Source: an uncultured Candidatus Binatia bacterium (lineage in GTDB: Bacteria > Desulfobacterota > Binatia > UBA9968 > JAJDTQ01). From it: DNA of 64,000 nucleotides. The translations under genes were made by a program, and so were the position numbers. Of the stretch, positions 55,129 to 64,000 are shown piece after piece. Every line of letters begins with the position of its first letter. Within the stretch, counting starts at the first letter, position 1. The stretch covers positions 960,001 through 1,024,000 of the forward strand of contig OZ219754.1 in NCBI GenBank assembly GCA_964291295.2. Direction: 5' to 3'. The notes beneath the pieces are model-generated. The model was given only the letters and a program-made list of their open reading frames with translations, was not told the DNA's origin and did not search any database.

Positions 55129-55158
55129 CACGGGGCCGGCCGCGACGCCGGCCCCGTG
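55129..55158 (+). terminator. GC-rich hairpin between SBP and permease (terminator or mRNA-stabilising stem)
   Basis: 12-bp perfect stem CACGGGGCCGGC / GCCGGCCCCGTG with a 6-nt loop, followed by TGCTTCGTTT. Confidence 0.5.
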
Positions 55159-55240
55159 TGCTTCGTTTCCGGACCTTCGATCCACCGAGCCAACGCCCGG
55201 GTGTCCGCGCCGCACCGGACACCCGGCGGAGAGCGGCGCC

Positions 55241-57145
55241 ATGCATCGCAACCTCACCGGTCTTGCGGGGCTCCTGTTGAGCCTGGCGGCATTCGCCGCT
55301 TCCACCTACCACCTTTACACCGGCCTGTTCGGCCAGCCCGAAGCCTATCTGCACCGCGTGATCCATGTCACGCTGATGGTCTTCATTACCTTCATGGGCT
55401 ACTCGGCGTTCAGCCGGACGGACGACGGGAAGCTCCCCTGGTACGATGTCGTCATCGTCGTGTTGTGGCTCGTGACCATGGGCTACACCTTCTACGAGTA
55501 TGACTGGATCGTCGAGCACATCGGCTACACCGAGGACTTCCCGCTCTTCCAGCTGGTGCTGGCCTTCGGCGCGGTGGCGTTGACGCTGGAGGCCTGCCGC
55601 CGGGCCATCGGCTGGCCGCTGGCGGCGCTGGCCCTGATCATCTTCCTGTTCGCATTCGCCGGGCCGTACCTGCCGGGGTTCCTCTATCACCTGGGCTACA
55701 CGCCCTCGGCCGTGGCCGACAACCAGTACTTCCTGACGGACGGGCTGTTCGGGCTTCCGACCCACATCTCGGCCAACTTCATCTTTCTTTTCATCGTCTT
55801 CGGCGCCTTTCTCGAAAAGTCCGGCTTCGGCCAGTTCACCATCGAGTTCGCCACCGCCCTTGCCGGGCGGTTCCGGGGCGGGCCTGCCAAGATCGCTGTG
55901 TTGTCCAGCGGCCTCATGGGCTCCATCTCGGGCAGCAGCACGGCCAACGCGGTCATCACCGGCTCCTTCACCATCCCGATGATGAAGAAGATCGGCTTCC
56001 GGGACTACATGGCCGGGGCGGTGGAGGCCTCCGCCTCCACCGGAGGACTGATCATGCCGCCGGTCATGGCCTCCGCCGGCTTCCTCATGTCGGAGTACAC
56101 CGGCATCGCCTACGTCAGCGTAATGCAGTACATCCTGATCCCGGCGGTGCTGTACTTCCTCGCCGTCGGCATCATGGTGCACATCTACGCGGTCAAGCAG
56201 AATATCCCCACGGTGCCGCGGGAGGAGTTGCCGAGCCTCAGGCAGACCATCCTTGATCGGGGTCACTTGGCGCTGCCGCTGCTGATCCTCATTTACCTGC
56301 TGGTGGCCGGCTACAGCCCCGGCTACGCGGTGGTGCGCTGCATCATCGCCATCGTGATCGTGAGCTGGCTCCGCAAGCACACGCGCATGGGCCTCAGGGA
56401 CGTGTGGGACGCGCTCGTCCAGGGCGGCATCCAGGCCACCGTGGTGGCCGTGGCCATCATCACCTCGGGCATCATGGTGGGCATCTTCGACCTCACCGGG
56501 GTTGCCATCAAGTTCTCCGGCGTCATCGTGGACCTGGCGGGCGGGCAGCTGTTGCTGGCGCTGGTCTACGTCATGATCACTGCCATCATCCTGGGCATGG
56601 GCCTGCCGCTGTCGTCCGCCTACATCGTGCAGGTGGGGATCGCCATCCCGGCGCTGGTGGTGATGCTCAGGAACATGGGCCTCGACGCCGATGCCATCGT
56701 GCCCCAGGCGCACCTGTTCGTGATCTTCTTCTGCGCCTTCTCCTCCATAACCCCGCCCACCGCGCCCACGAGCTACGCCGCCGCGGCCATCGCCCAGTCC
56801 CCGGTGGTGCCCACGTCCGTCGAAGCCGTGAAGCTGGCCCTGCCCGCCTTCGTGCTCCCCTACGCCTTCGTGGCCAACTCCGCGCTGCTCACCATCGGCA
56901 CGGCCGGGGATGTCACGCTGACGGTCTTCTTTGCCGTGTGCAGCATGGTGGCCATGGGCATGGCCGTGCAGGGCTACTGCTTCAGGAACCTCGATCCCGT
57001 CACCCGCGCCCTTCTCCTCGCCGCCAGTCTTGGCATGATTACCCCCTGGACCCACTGGAATTTCGCCGGCCTGGTGCTGGGCGCCGCCCTGACCGGCTGG
57101 GAGTGGTTCCGGGCAAGGGCGCGGACGGCGGCCGCGGGCGCATAG
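55241..57145 (+). CDS. TRAP transporter 4TM/12TM fused permease
   Basis: GGPAKIAV, ISGSSTAN, EASASTGGLIMPPVM, LGMGLP, ITPP; many TM helices. Confidence 0.93.
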   Translation: MHRNLTGLAGLLLSLAAFAASTYHLYTGLFGQPEAYLHRVIHVTLMVFITFMGYSAFSRTDDGKLPWYDVVIVVLWLVTMGYTFYEYDWIVEHIGYTEDFPLFQLVLAFGAVALTLEACRRAIGWPLAALALIIFLFAFAGPYLPGFLYHLGYTPSAVADNQYFLTDGLFGLPTHISANFIFLFIVFGAFLEKSGFGQFTIEFATALAGRFRGGPAKIAVLSSGLMGSISGSSTANAVITGSFTIPMMKKIGFRDYMAGAVEASASTGGLIMPPVMASAGFLMSEYTGIAYVSVMQYILIPAVLYFLAVGIMVHIYAVKQNIPTVPREELPSLRQTILDRGHLALPLLILIYLLVAGYSPGYAVVRCIIAIVIVSWLRKHTRMGLRDVWDALVQGGIQATVVAVAIITSGIMVGIFDLTGVAIKFSGVIVDLAGGQLLLALVYVMITAIILGMGLPLSSAYIVQVGIAIPALVVMLRNMGLDADAIVPQAHLFVIFFCAFSSITPPTAPTSYAAAAIAQSPVVPTSVEAVKLALPAFVLPYAFVANSALLTIGTAGDVTLTVFFAVCSMVAMGMAVQGYCFRNLDPVTRALLLAASLGMITPWTHWNFAGLVLGAALTGWEWFRARARTAAAGA

Positions 57146-57164
57146 CCTTCACCGGGCCTTTGCA

Positions 57165-58229
57165 TCAGGCACCGCCTGTCCCGTCCCCGACCGTTCCGGC
57201 CATCCTCCGCACCCGCGGCATCACTTCCCGGGCGATGAGCTGGATGACGGATTCGATGCCGCCGCCGGGCGGGGCCAGGACCCAGGTGCCGAAGCGGCGG
57301 ATGCCCATTTCGGCGATGCGCGTGATCTTGGCGGCGACTTCCTCGGGGGTGCCGGCCCATGCGAAGGCGTCGATGAACTCCTCGGGCACCAGCGGCCCGG
57401 CCTCGAACATGAGCTCGTAGTCCCGTCTGGCGATCATGGCTTCCAGATCGGCGGGGACTTTCAGGCCCAACCGGGTGACGAAGGCGCGGTCGGGGTAGCT
57501 GCTCCACAACAGGAAGGCGATCATCTGCCGGACCCCGGCCCGCGCCTTGTCCCGGTCCCGGTCCACGCAGGTGTCGACGCGCGAGATGATCTCGATCGCT
57601 TCGGGGTCGCGGCCGGCCTGTTTCGCCCCCTCCCGGACGGAGTCCCGGGCAATGCCGATGCCCTCGGGGGTGGCCATGGTGGCAATCATGGCGCCGTCCG
57701 CCACCCGCCCGGCCAAACGGAACACGGCGGCACCGCGGGTGGCGATGACGATGCGGATGTCGGGGCGGGCCTTGAATCCGAGCACGCCGTTCCGGACGCT
57801 CACGACTTTGCCGTTCACGGTCACGGGCTCGCCCGCCCACATGCCGCGCATGATGGCGATGGCGTCGCGCATGGCATCCACCGGGCGCTCCCGCCGGATG
57901 CCCATGGCCGGAAAACCCGAGCCGCCGGCGCCGATGCCGACGGTGACGCGGCCGGACGAGATGTCGTCCACCGTGGCCATGGCGGCCGCGGCAAGGGCCG
58001 GATGGACGCTGTAGGGGTCGGCGACGGCGGCGCCGATACCGATGCGTTCGGTGCGGGCGGCGCTCAGGGTCATGGTGGCCACCATGTCGCGGCCGAACTT
58101 CTCGTTGGAGTGCCACAGGCGGTCGAAGCCGAGTGCCTCGGCGCTCTCGATGACGGCGACGCGCCGGGACAGGGGGTAGGCGCTGACGGTTCGCGAACTG
58201 AAGCCCAGGTCGAATCGAATATCGGTCAT
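57165..58229 (-). CDS. LLM class flavin/F420-dependent oxidoreductase (Mer-like)
   Basis: AEALGFDRLW, TERIGIG, HPALAA, SSGRVTVGIGAG, AGRVADG, GTPEEV. Confidence 0.88.
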   Translation of the reverse strand: MTDIRFDLGFSSRTVSAYPLSRRVAVIESAEALGFDRLWHSNEKFGRDMVATMTLSAARTERIGIGAAVADPYSVHPALAAAAMATVDDISSGRVTVGIGAGGSGFPAMGIRRERPVDAMRDAIAIMRGMWAGEPVTVNGKVVSVRNGVLGFKARPDIRIVIATRGAAVFRLAGRVADGAMIATMATPEGIGIARDSVREGAKQAGRDPEAIEIISRVDTCVDRDRDKARAGVRQMIAFLLWSSYPDRAFVTRLGLKVPADLEAMIARRDYELMFEAGPLVPEEFIDAFAWAGTPEEVAAKITRIAEMGIRRFGTWVLAPPGGGIESVIQLIAREVMPRVRRMAGTVGDGTGGA

Positions 58230-58380
58230 GCGGTCCTTTCGAGAGACGCGGCCGGGTCACGCTTTGTCAAGCCCGCCCGCGGGGCGCTGCAGGGGCGCAT
58301 GCGCCCCGGATACCGCACCGCGTACGGGGACATGCTTCGTCAAGCCCGCCTGCGGGACGCTGCATGGGCCGGCGGCACCG

Positions 58381-58598
58381 AGCCACCGGCGCCGATGCCG
58401 CCGGTGATACGACCGGACGAGATGTCGTCCACCGTGGCCATGGCGGCCGCGGCAAGACGCTGCAGGGGTCGGCGACGGCGGTGCCGATACCGATGCGTTT
58501 GGTGCGGGCGGCGTTCAGGGTCATGTTGGCCACCCCGCCGCGGCCGAACTTTTCGTTGGAGTGCCACAGGCGGTCAAGGCCGAGTACGCCGGCGCTCT
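58381..58598 (-). pseudogene. Degenerate duplicate of the 5' part of the adjacent LLM gene
   Basis: Close nucleotide match to ~57920-58147 (e.g. CCGGACGAGATGTCGTCCACCGTGGCCATGGCGGCCGCGGCAAG) with a ~10-bp deletion. Confidence 0.88.
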
Positions 58599-58714
58599 TG
58601 CGTCGCGCGAGGCGATGCGGGCGGGCTCCGGCGTGTATCCCGTGCCCAGGATGGCAGCGGGCCGCCGGCCGCGGCCCCCGGCGTCGTCGTCATGAAAGCC
58701 CGTTCCAGTCCGCC

Positions 58715-59719
58715 TCAATGGCCATGGAACGGCTTCATGACCTCCTCGGCCAGCCATTGGATCTGTTCCATCATCTCCGCCCCGGTATCCGAGGGAAACT
58801 GCAAGGCGCAGACATGATCGACGCCGGCCCTGTCCAGGAAGGCCACCTGCTCCAGGATGCTGGCCGGGCTGCCGATGAGGTTGTGGGTCTCGGCCAAGGC
58901 CGGGTCCCGGCCGGTGTGCGCCAGCGACACGCGATGCCGGACCATGCCGGTCTTGCGATAGCGCGCCCGCGCCGCTTCCACGGTCTTGCCGATGCACAGG
59001 GTGAATTGCGAGCACGCTTCCACGGCGCCGGTATCCCGGCCCGTCTCCCCGGTGAGGCGGCGCAACAGCGCCACCCGCTCCACGATCTGCTCGAACGGCC
59101 GCCAGCCCGGCAGCCAGCCCTGGCCGAGCCGGGCCGCACGGTGGATCATGGCCTCGTTGTGCCCGCCCACGAAGATGGGAAGCGGGTCCTGCAACGGCTT
59201 GGGACGCATGGCGATGTCCTTGAAGGCGAAGTGCCGGCCCTCGTGAGTGGCGCGGGTGTCCCGGAACAGGCATTGGAGCGCCGCCAGGCTCTCGTCCAGC
59301 AGGTCGCCCCGCCGTTCCGCTTGCCGCCGGGGCCACTGGGCGTCGAACTCCTCCCGATAAGCCCCGATGCCGGTGCCGAGGATCACCCGCCCGTTCGTGA
59401 ACCGGTCCAGGGTGCTCACCTGCTTGGCCAGCAGCACCGGGTCCCGCAGCGGCAGCACCAGCACGGCCGTACCCAGCCGAATGCGCGAAGTGTGGGCGCC
59501 CACCACGGCCAGGGTCATCAGCACCTCGTAGAAGTTTGGCGGCTCCGGCCACTGCCGACTCGCGTAGGCTGCCGGGGTGATGTGGTCATTGCCCCACACC
59601 GCATCGTACCCCAGCCGTTCGGCCTCCTGCGCCATGCGCACGAACTCCTGTGGTTCCAGGAACGGCACCGGGTTCACCAAGCCCTCGGTGCAGGTGGGGA
59701 GCTGGATGCTGAATTTCAT
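58715..59719 (-). CDS. LLM class (probably F420-dependent) oxidoreductase
   Basis: AERLGYDAVWGNDH, TSRIRLGTAVLVLPLRDPVLLAKQVSTLD, PKPLQ.P.PIFVGG. Confidence 0.9.
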   Translation of the reverse strand: MKFSIQLPTCTEGLVNPVPFLEPQEFVRMAQEAERLGYDAVWGNDHITPAAYASRQWPEPPNFYEVLMTLAVVGAHTSRIRLGTAVLVLPLRDPVLLAKQVSTLDRFTNGRVILGTGIGAYREEFDAQWPRRQAERRGDLLDESLAALQCLFRDTRATHEGRHFAFKDIAMRPKPLQDPLPIFVGGHNEAMIHRAARLGQGWLPGWRPFEQIVERVALLRRLTGETGRDTGAVEACSQFTLCIGKTVEAARARYRKTGMVRHRVSLAHTGRDPALAETHNLIGSPASILEQVAFLDRAGVDHVCALQFPSDTGAEMMEQIQWLAEEVMKPFHGH

Positions 59720-59910
59720 GGGTCCGGTTCAGCCGGTTTTCGCCTTGTTCCGCCCTCTTGTTCCCGCCCGCGGTCCCCCGCTTTCGCGGGGCGGACGCTC
59801 TCGGGAAGGTCTGAGCAACTCCCCGGTTCGATGGGGCTGAATCATTAATCAATGGGCTGCGAACAGTTCACGGTCGTGTCATCGCCTTGTTAGGATCTTC
59901 CCTCGGGGTC

Positions 59911-61179
59911 TCACGCCTCCGCCCGATAGCCGTAGGCGTTTTTCAGGGTTGCCAGGAACCGCGCGATGTCGCTGTCCACGGTGGGGATGGCGGCCGCCGC
60001 CGCGGCGGTGGCGGCGGTGTCCTTGAGGCCGCTGGCGGTGTTGACCACCACCACCGTGTCGCTACTGCGAATGTGCCCTTCTTTGCACAGGCGGTCCACC
60101 GCGGCAAGGGCGGCCAAGGAGGACGGCTCGGCGTAGATGCCCTCGTCCGCGGCCAGCTGGCGTTGCCGCGGCAGCAGTTCGTCGTTCCGTACCTGCGCCG
60201 CGGCGCCGCCCGAAGCCCGCAGCGCGTGCAGCGCCTGGTAGGTGCTCTGGTTCACGCTGATGGAGCCGGCCACATGGGGGGTGGGTGCCGGGATTTCCGG
60301 TATGGCGTCGGCGCCGGACGCCAGCGCGGCAGCCAGACAGCCGGCCATCTCCGCCGCCGCCATGCGTGGCTGTCCGGAGACAAGGCCCAGTTTCGCCAGT
60401 TCGTCGAAGCCCTTCCACATGCCGAACAGGGCGTCGCCGTAGGCCACCGGCAGCGCGCACCAGTCGGGCGCCTCGCCGCCCATCTGCTCGCAGACCTCAT
60501 AGGCGAGGGTCTTGTAGCCGTCCACCCCATAGGGGTTGCTGCCGACGGGCGGACCGAAACAGGGCGAGGTCGGATACCAACCCCACTCGGCGACGCCGGT
60601 CTGCAGGAGCTTCCAGCGGTCGGCCTTGGTACGGGTGGCCACGACCATGGCGCCAAAGGCCTGCATCTGGGTGACGATGGCGGAGGCGGCGCCCTGAACG
60701 GTGAGGACGACGCAGGGAAGGCCGGCGCGAGCGGCGTAGGCCGCGGCCGCGGCGCCGGCGTTGCCGGTGGAACTCACTCCCACCGCCGTGGCACCGAACC
60801 GCTCGGCCATGGCCAGGGCGGTGAAGGCCAGCCGGTCCTTGAAGGAGCCGGACGGGTTCCGTGATTCATCTTTCAGAAACAGCCGTTCGAGCCCGAGCCG
60901 GCGGCCGTACCGCTCGCAGTGGAGCAGCGGCGTCTCCCCTTCGCCCAGGGTGGGGGCGGTCCGGATGTCCGGAGGAAGCAGTTCGCGGTAGCGCGTCATG
61001 CCGGTGGGCCGATCCCGGAGCGCCTCGGCGGACAGTGTTCGGGCGGCGGCGTCCAGGTCGTAGCGCGGCGTGAGGTTGGCGGGAGCCTCCCGTCGGCATT
61101 CCGGGCACCCGTCGAAGCGGGGCTCGATGCCGAACCACGCACCGCATCGGATGCAGGCCAGACCGGCGAGATGGCTCAT
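59911..61179 (-). CDS. thrC: Threonine synthase-like PLP enzyme
   Basis: N-terminal CxxC..CxxC, LGEGETPL, KDESRNPSGSFKDR, SSTGNAG, EPSS, TASGLKD; substrate not assured. Confidence 0.78.
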   Translation of the reverse strand: MSHLAGLACIRCGAWFGIEPRFDGCPECRREAPANLTPRYDLDAAARTLSAEALRDRPTGMTRYRELLPPDIRTAPTLGEGETPLLHCERYGRRLGLERLFLKDESRNPSGSFKDRLAFTALAMAERFGATAVGVSSTGNAGAAAAAYAARAGLPCVVLTVQGAASAIVTQMQAFGAMVVATRTKADRWKLLQTGVAEWGWYPTSPCFGPPVGSNPYGVDGYKTLAYEVCEQMGGEAPDWCALPVAYGDALFGMWKGFDELAKLGLVSGQPRMAAAEMAGCLAAALASGADAIPEIPAPTPHVAGSISVNQSTYQALHALRASGGAAAQVRNDELLPRQRQLAADEGIYAEPSSLAALAAVDRLCKEGHIRSSDTVVVVNTASGLKDTAATAAAAAAIPTVDSDIARFLATLKNAYGYRAEA

Positions 61180-61218
61180 GTGGCGGGGCGGCTCATGTGG
61201 ACCTGGAGTGCTCGGGGT

Positions 61219-62406
61219 TCAGCCGCGCGGCTCCAGCACCTGGAGGTGACGAGGCAGAGAGGTGAGCCAGCGAAAGCCGTCGTCGGTGACGACGATCATG
61301 TCTTCCACCTGGACGCTTCCCCAGCCCATCTCGTAGTAGGGGGTCTCGACGCACAGCACCATGCCGGCCTCCAGGGGCGTGTGGTCCCCGGGGGACAGGG
61401 TGGGCCGGTCGTAGCCGCCGAGCCCCAGGCCGATGCCGTGACCGACGTGCTGGCGGCCGTAGTGCGGGATGCCGGTTTCGCGGACTTCCGCCACCGTTCG
61501 GTTGAAGATCTCCGAGGCGATGCTGCCTGGCCTGACGAGGCCGAGGGCCAGATCCTGGCCTTTCAGTATGGCGTTGTAATATCGGGTGAGCTTGTCGTCC
61601 GGCGGTCCGAACGAATACGTCCGCGACATGTCGGTGAGGTAGCCCCTGTAGAGGCACCCCACGTCGAAGCGGATCATGTCGCCGGCCCTGAGCCGGTCGC
61701 CGGGGACATTGGTCATGCCCAGGGCGGCGCTCCGACCGAAACCCACATGGTTCATGTTGGGCTCGGCGCCGCGCCGCACCTGCCCGAGGTCGAAAGCGAG
61801 GCACATCTCCGCCTCGGCCATGCCTTCCCGGGCCGAGTGGGCCGCCTCATGGATGGACTGCTCGGTGATGCGCGCCGCCTCGCTCATGCGCTCGATCTCG
61901 GCGGCGCTCTTGACCATGCGGATCTCCCGGAACACGGCCATGGCCGGCACCAGTTCCAGGTGCGGCAGCCGCTCCCTCAACCGCTCCGCCAAGGCCGGGT
62001 CCAGGCCCCGTTCGTCGTAGCCCAGCCGGCTTCGGTGAAGGCCCGCGCTCTCCAGGGTCCGGACGATGCCCTCGAAGAAGTCCTTCACCGGCTCGAGGTC
62101 GATGCCGAGCTCGCGGATGCGCTGCTCGCGGGCGGTGAGCGGCCCGTTGTCTTCCATGACGCGGTGGAAGGTGCCGTAGGTGACCACCCCCGCCGGCGGC
62201 ACCGTGTCCACCATGTAGTCCACCTCGCTCCGGGGAATCACCATCCAGGGCGCGGTCACGGCCTCCCGGGTGACGACGGCCGCGATGTCCTGCCGGCGCC
62301 AGACGCCGCTCAGATAGAAGACATTGGGAACATTGGTGGCGGCGAGCAGGCCGTCCAGGTCCCGCTCGGCCAGCACCCGCCTGGCGCGCGGTTCATTGAT
62401 CCACAT
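61219..62406 (-). CDS. Xaa-Pro peptidase family (M24) protein
   Basis: RMVKSAAEI, FDVG...DMSRT, GHGIG, ETP, VEDMIVVT. Confidence 0.9.
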   Translation of the reverse strand: MWINEPRARRVLAERDLDGLLAATNVPNVFYLSGVWRRQDIAAVVTREAVTAPWMVIPRSEVDYMVDTVPPAGVVTYGTFHRVMEDNGPLTAREQRIRELGIDLEPVKDFFEGIVRTLESAGLHRSRLGYDERGLDPALAERLRERLPHLELVPAMAVFREIRMVKSAAEIERMSEAARITEQSIHEAAHSAREGMAEAEMCLAFDLGQVRRGAEPNMNHVGFGRSAALGMTNVPGDRLRAGDMIRFDVGCLYRGYLTDMSRTYSFGPPDDKLTRYYNAILKGQDLALGLVRPGSIASEIFNRTVAEVRETGIPHYGRQHVGHGIGLGLGGYDRPTLSPGDHTPLEAGMVLCVETPYYEMGWGSVQVEDMIVVTDDGFRWLTSLPRHLQVLEPRG

Positions 62407-62525
62407 GAGAACGCTCCCGGGAATGAAGAGTCGCGAAGAGTCAAGCCGCGAAGAGTCAAGGTCCGCCAAGGGCCGCGTTGCCGCGAAGGCCCGAAGCCCG
62501 ACTACCGAATATAGGGAAGCCGGTT

Positions 62526-62590
62526 CGAAGGGTCAAACCGGGCAGCGTCGAAGGGTCGAACCCGAAAGATCAAGCGAAGGGTCAAACCGG
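62526..62590. repeat. Three short direct repeats upstream of the M24 operon
   Basis: CGAAGGGTC(A/G)AACC at ~62526, 62549 and 62575. Confidence 0.65.
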
Positions 62591-62636
62591 GCGGCGCGCC
62601 GCCCCGTTCCTTCCCGGAGCCAGGATACTACCAGTC

Positions 62637-62665
62637 AACTACCAATTGGTTTGTGATTGGTAGTT
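62637..62665. promoter_or_regulatory. Inverted repeat, probable operator or terminator
   Basis: AACTACCAAT-N9-ATTGGTAGTT, overlapping palindrome ACCAATTGGT; lies between the Fic stop and the M24 start. Confidence 0.5.
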
Positions 62666-62696
62666 CGTCCCGCCCCGGGGCTTCCGGGCGGCCGGT

Positions 62697-64000
62697 TCAG
62701 GACGAACTCCGAAGTCTGCGCGCCAGGTCGCCGGGGGCCGTGAAGCTGAAGAACCGCCCTGTCTTGGCCTTGTGGAGCAGTGCCCGGGAGGCAAGATCGA
62801 GGAGGTCGGACCTGGCGGTTTCGTATGTGACGCCGTGGGTCTTCCGGTGGCCCGCGATGGTATAACGTACCCCGGGGTGGCGCAGGGCATGCCCGAGGAG
62901 TGCCAGTTGTCGATGGTTGATGGATACGGACGAACGCAGGGCCTGCTCGATGGCGCGGATCTCCAGCGCCTTCTTGTCCAGGTACGCGTACAGGAGGTCG
63001 ATGGCGCGTCGGATGACCTGAAGTTGCGCGAGAATGAAATAGGTCAGGTCATTTTCGTCGGTCTCGGTGTAGAGGAAGGACCGTGCGTACCGGGCGGGGG
63101 CCTTCCGAATAATCCCGGAAATGGACAGAAACTCGAACATCCAGCAATTTTGCGAGAGCGCCGACCAGTAGAACAACGCCCTCGCCGTCCTGCCGTTCCC
63201 GTCAACGAACGGATGGTCATGGGCAAGCCAGAAGTGCAGGATGATGGCCTTGAGTATCGGATGCAGGAAAGCACCGGATTGTGACGAGTTCGCGAAATCG
63301 CACATGGCCGCCATGCGGCGGCGGATCTCCGTCGCGGGCGGCGGCCAATGCAGCAGGGTTCCGTCAGCGTCATGGTACACGGCGATGCCGTCTCCCGGCC
63401 TTCGCAGATAGTTCGGTGCGGATGTGGTGTCCAGCGTGCCTTCGACCAGCGTCCCGTGAATATGGAATATGACGTCCGGGGTCAGGGGTTCGCCCTTGAG
63501 ATCCTTGATGCGCTGGATGGCCTGGTAATTGTTGAGGATCATCCGCTCGCTTCGGTCCACCGGAGTGCGCCCGGAGCGAATCATCCGCTTCGCGGCCTCG
63601 CGCGTCGTGGAGGCCCCTTCAAGTTGGCTCGAAGTGATGGCCTCTTCGATCAGGGAACTCTCGATGTATCGCTCCCTGGTTCCTGGATTGACGATGGGGT
63701 CGCTGGTGGTGATCCTGCCGCTCGCGTCGCGGTCGATCTCGTGGAGGAGTTCCAGCACCGGATCCGCGAGGGTGTAGGCGAACGGCCTTCCGTGTCTGTC
63801 CTGCAGCGGAAGGGTTCGCCGTGTCTGGTGCCGCGCGAATTTGACCGCCGCCCACCATTCCTCGGTGGAGAGTCCTTCGGGAGGCGGGCGGCGACTCAGG
63901 TCCTCCCAGTGCCAATAGCGCCCTCCGGGCGTTGCGCCGATCCTCCCGCTCAAGAGGACCTCGGCCAGCCGCTTCGCCCGGATCGGCTCGTCGAGGTTCG
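62697..64000 (-). CDS. Fic family protein with C-terminal HTH (5' end beyond window)
   Basis: EEAITSSQLEGA, HPFVDGNGRTAR, YETARSDLLDL; frame remains open to the window edge. Confidence 0.9.
   Translation of the reverse strand, partial: NLDEPIRAKRLAEVLLSGRIGATPGGRYWHWEDLSRRPPPEGLSTEEWWAAVKFARHQTRRTLPLQDRHGRPFAYTLADPVLELLHEIDRDASGRITTSDPIVNPGTRERYIESSLIEEAITSSQLEGASTTREAAKRMIRSGRTPVDRSERMILNNYQAIQRIKDLKGEPLTPDVIFHIHGTLVEGTLDTTSAPNYLRRPGDGIAVYHDADGTLLHWPPPATEIRRRMAAMCDFANSSQSGAFLHPILKAIILHFWLAHDHPFVDGNGRTARALFYWSALSQNCWMFEFLSISGIIRKAPARYARSFLYTETDENDLTYFILAQLQVIRRAIDLLYAYLDKKALEIRAIEQALRSSVSINHRQLALLGHALRHPGVRYTIAGHRKTHGVTYETARSDLLDLASRALLHKAKTGRFFSFTAPGDLARRLRSSS

Noticed and set aside
57920-58598. 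DGR template/variable repeat pair
   Set aside because: Differences are not adenine-specific, include a deletion, and no reverse transcriptase is present
59773-59796. REP-like hairpin CCCCGCTTTCGCGGGG
   Set aside because: Single degenerate copy in the window; cannot establish a repeat family

Overview
High-GC bacterial window, with no rRNA, tRNA, CRISPR, integrase or transposase recognised. Two defence-gene blocks are interleaved with metabolic genes. Left flank (0.7-9.9 kb): an Lhr helicase carrying a nested tandem-repeat insert, a small ORF plus SDH/ClpP-fold protease, a FitA antitoxin with a collapsed PIN toxin, and an ABC substrate-binding protein. Block 1 (10.1-34.6 kb) starts with a type I R-M locus whose hsdS is fused to an MntA-type nucleotidyltransferase directly behind a HepT-type HEPN toxin. 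About 9 kb of cassettes follow (DUF4365 pair, HTH-ImmA/DUF4411, ApeA-like HEPN, ABC ATPase, AlbA_2/Schlafen), punctuated by decayed copies of the hsdR 5' end. Then come hsdR, a frameshifted SWIM-SNF2 gene and a coupled pair of STAND-like ATPases under an operator-covered sigma70 promoter. A molybdenum hydroxylase cluster (34.8-40.8 kb) separates the blocks. Block 2 (41.0-53.8 kb) is an SNF2-DUF3883 / DUF1156 methylase / DUF499 ATPase system. Its methylase is out of frame at a G13 tract, and it contains a nested TM + ThsB-like TIR pair and a DUF433/DUF5615 TA pair. A second AlbA_2 gene and a 10-bp tandem array close the block. Right flank: TAXI-TRAP transporter, two LLM oxidoreductases, a threonine-synthase-like enzyme, an M24 peptidase and a partial Fic gene. 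All family calls come from motif recognition by eye; no database searches were run.
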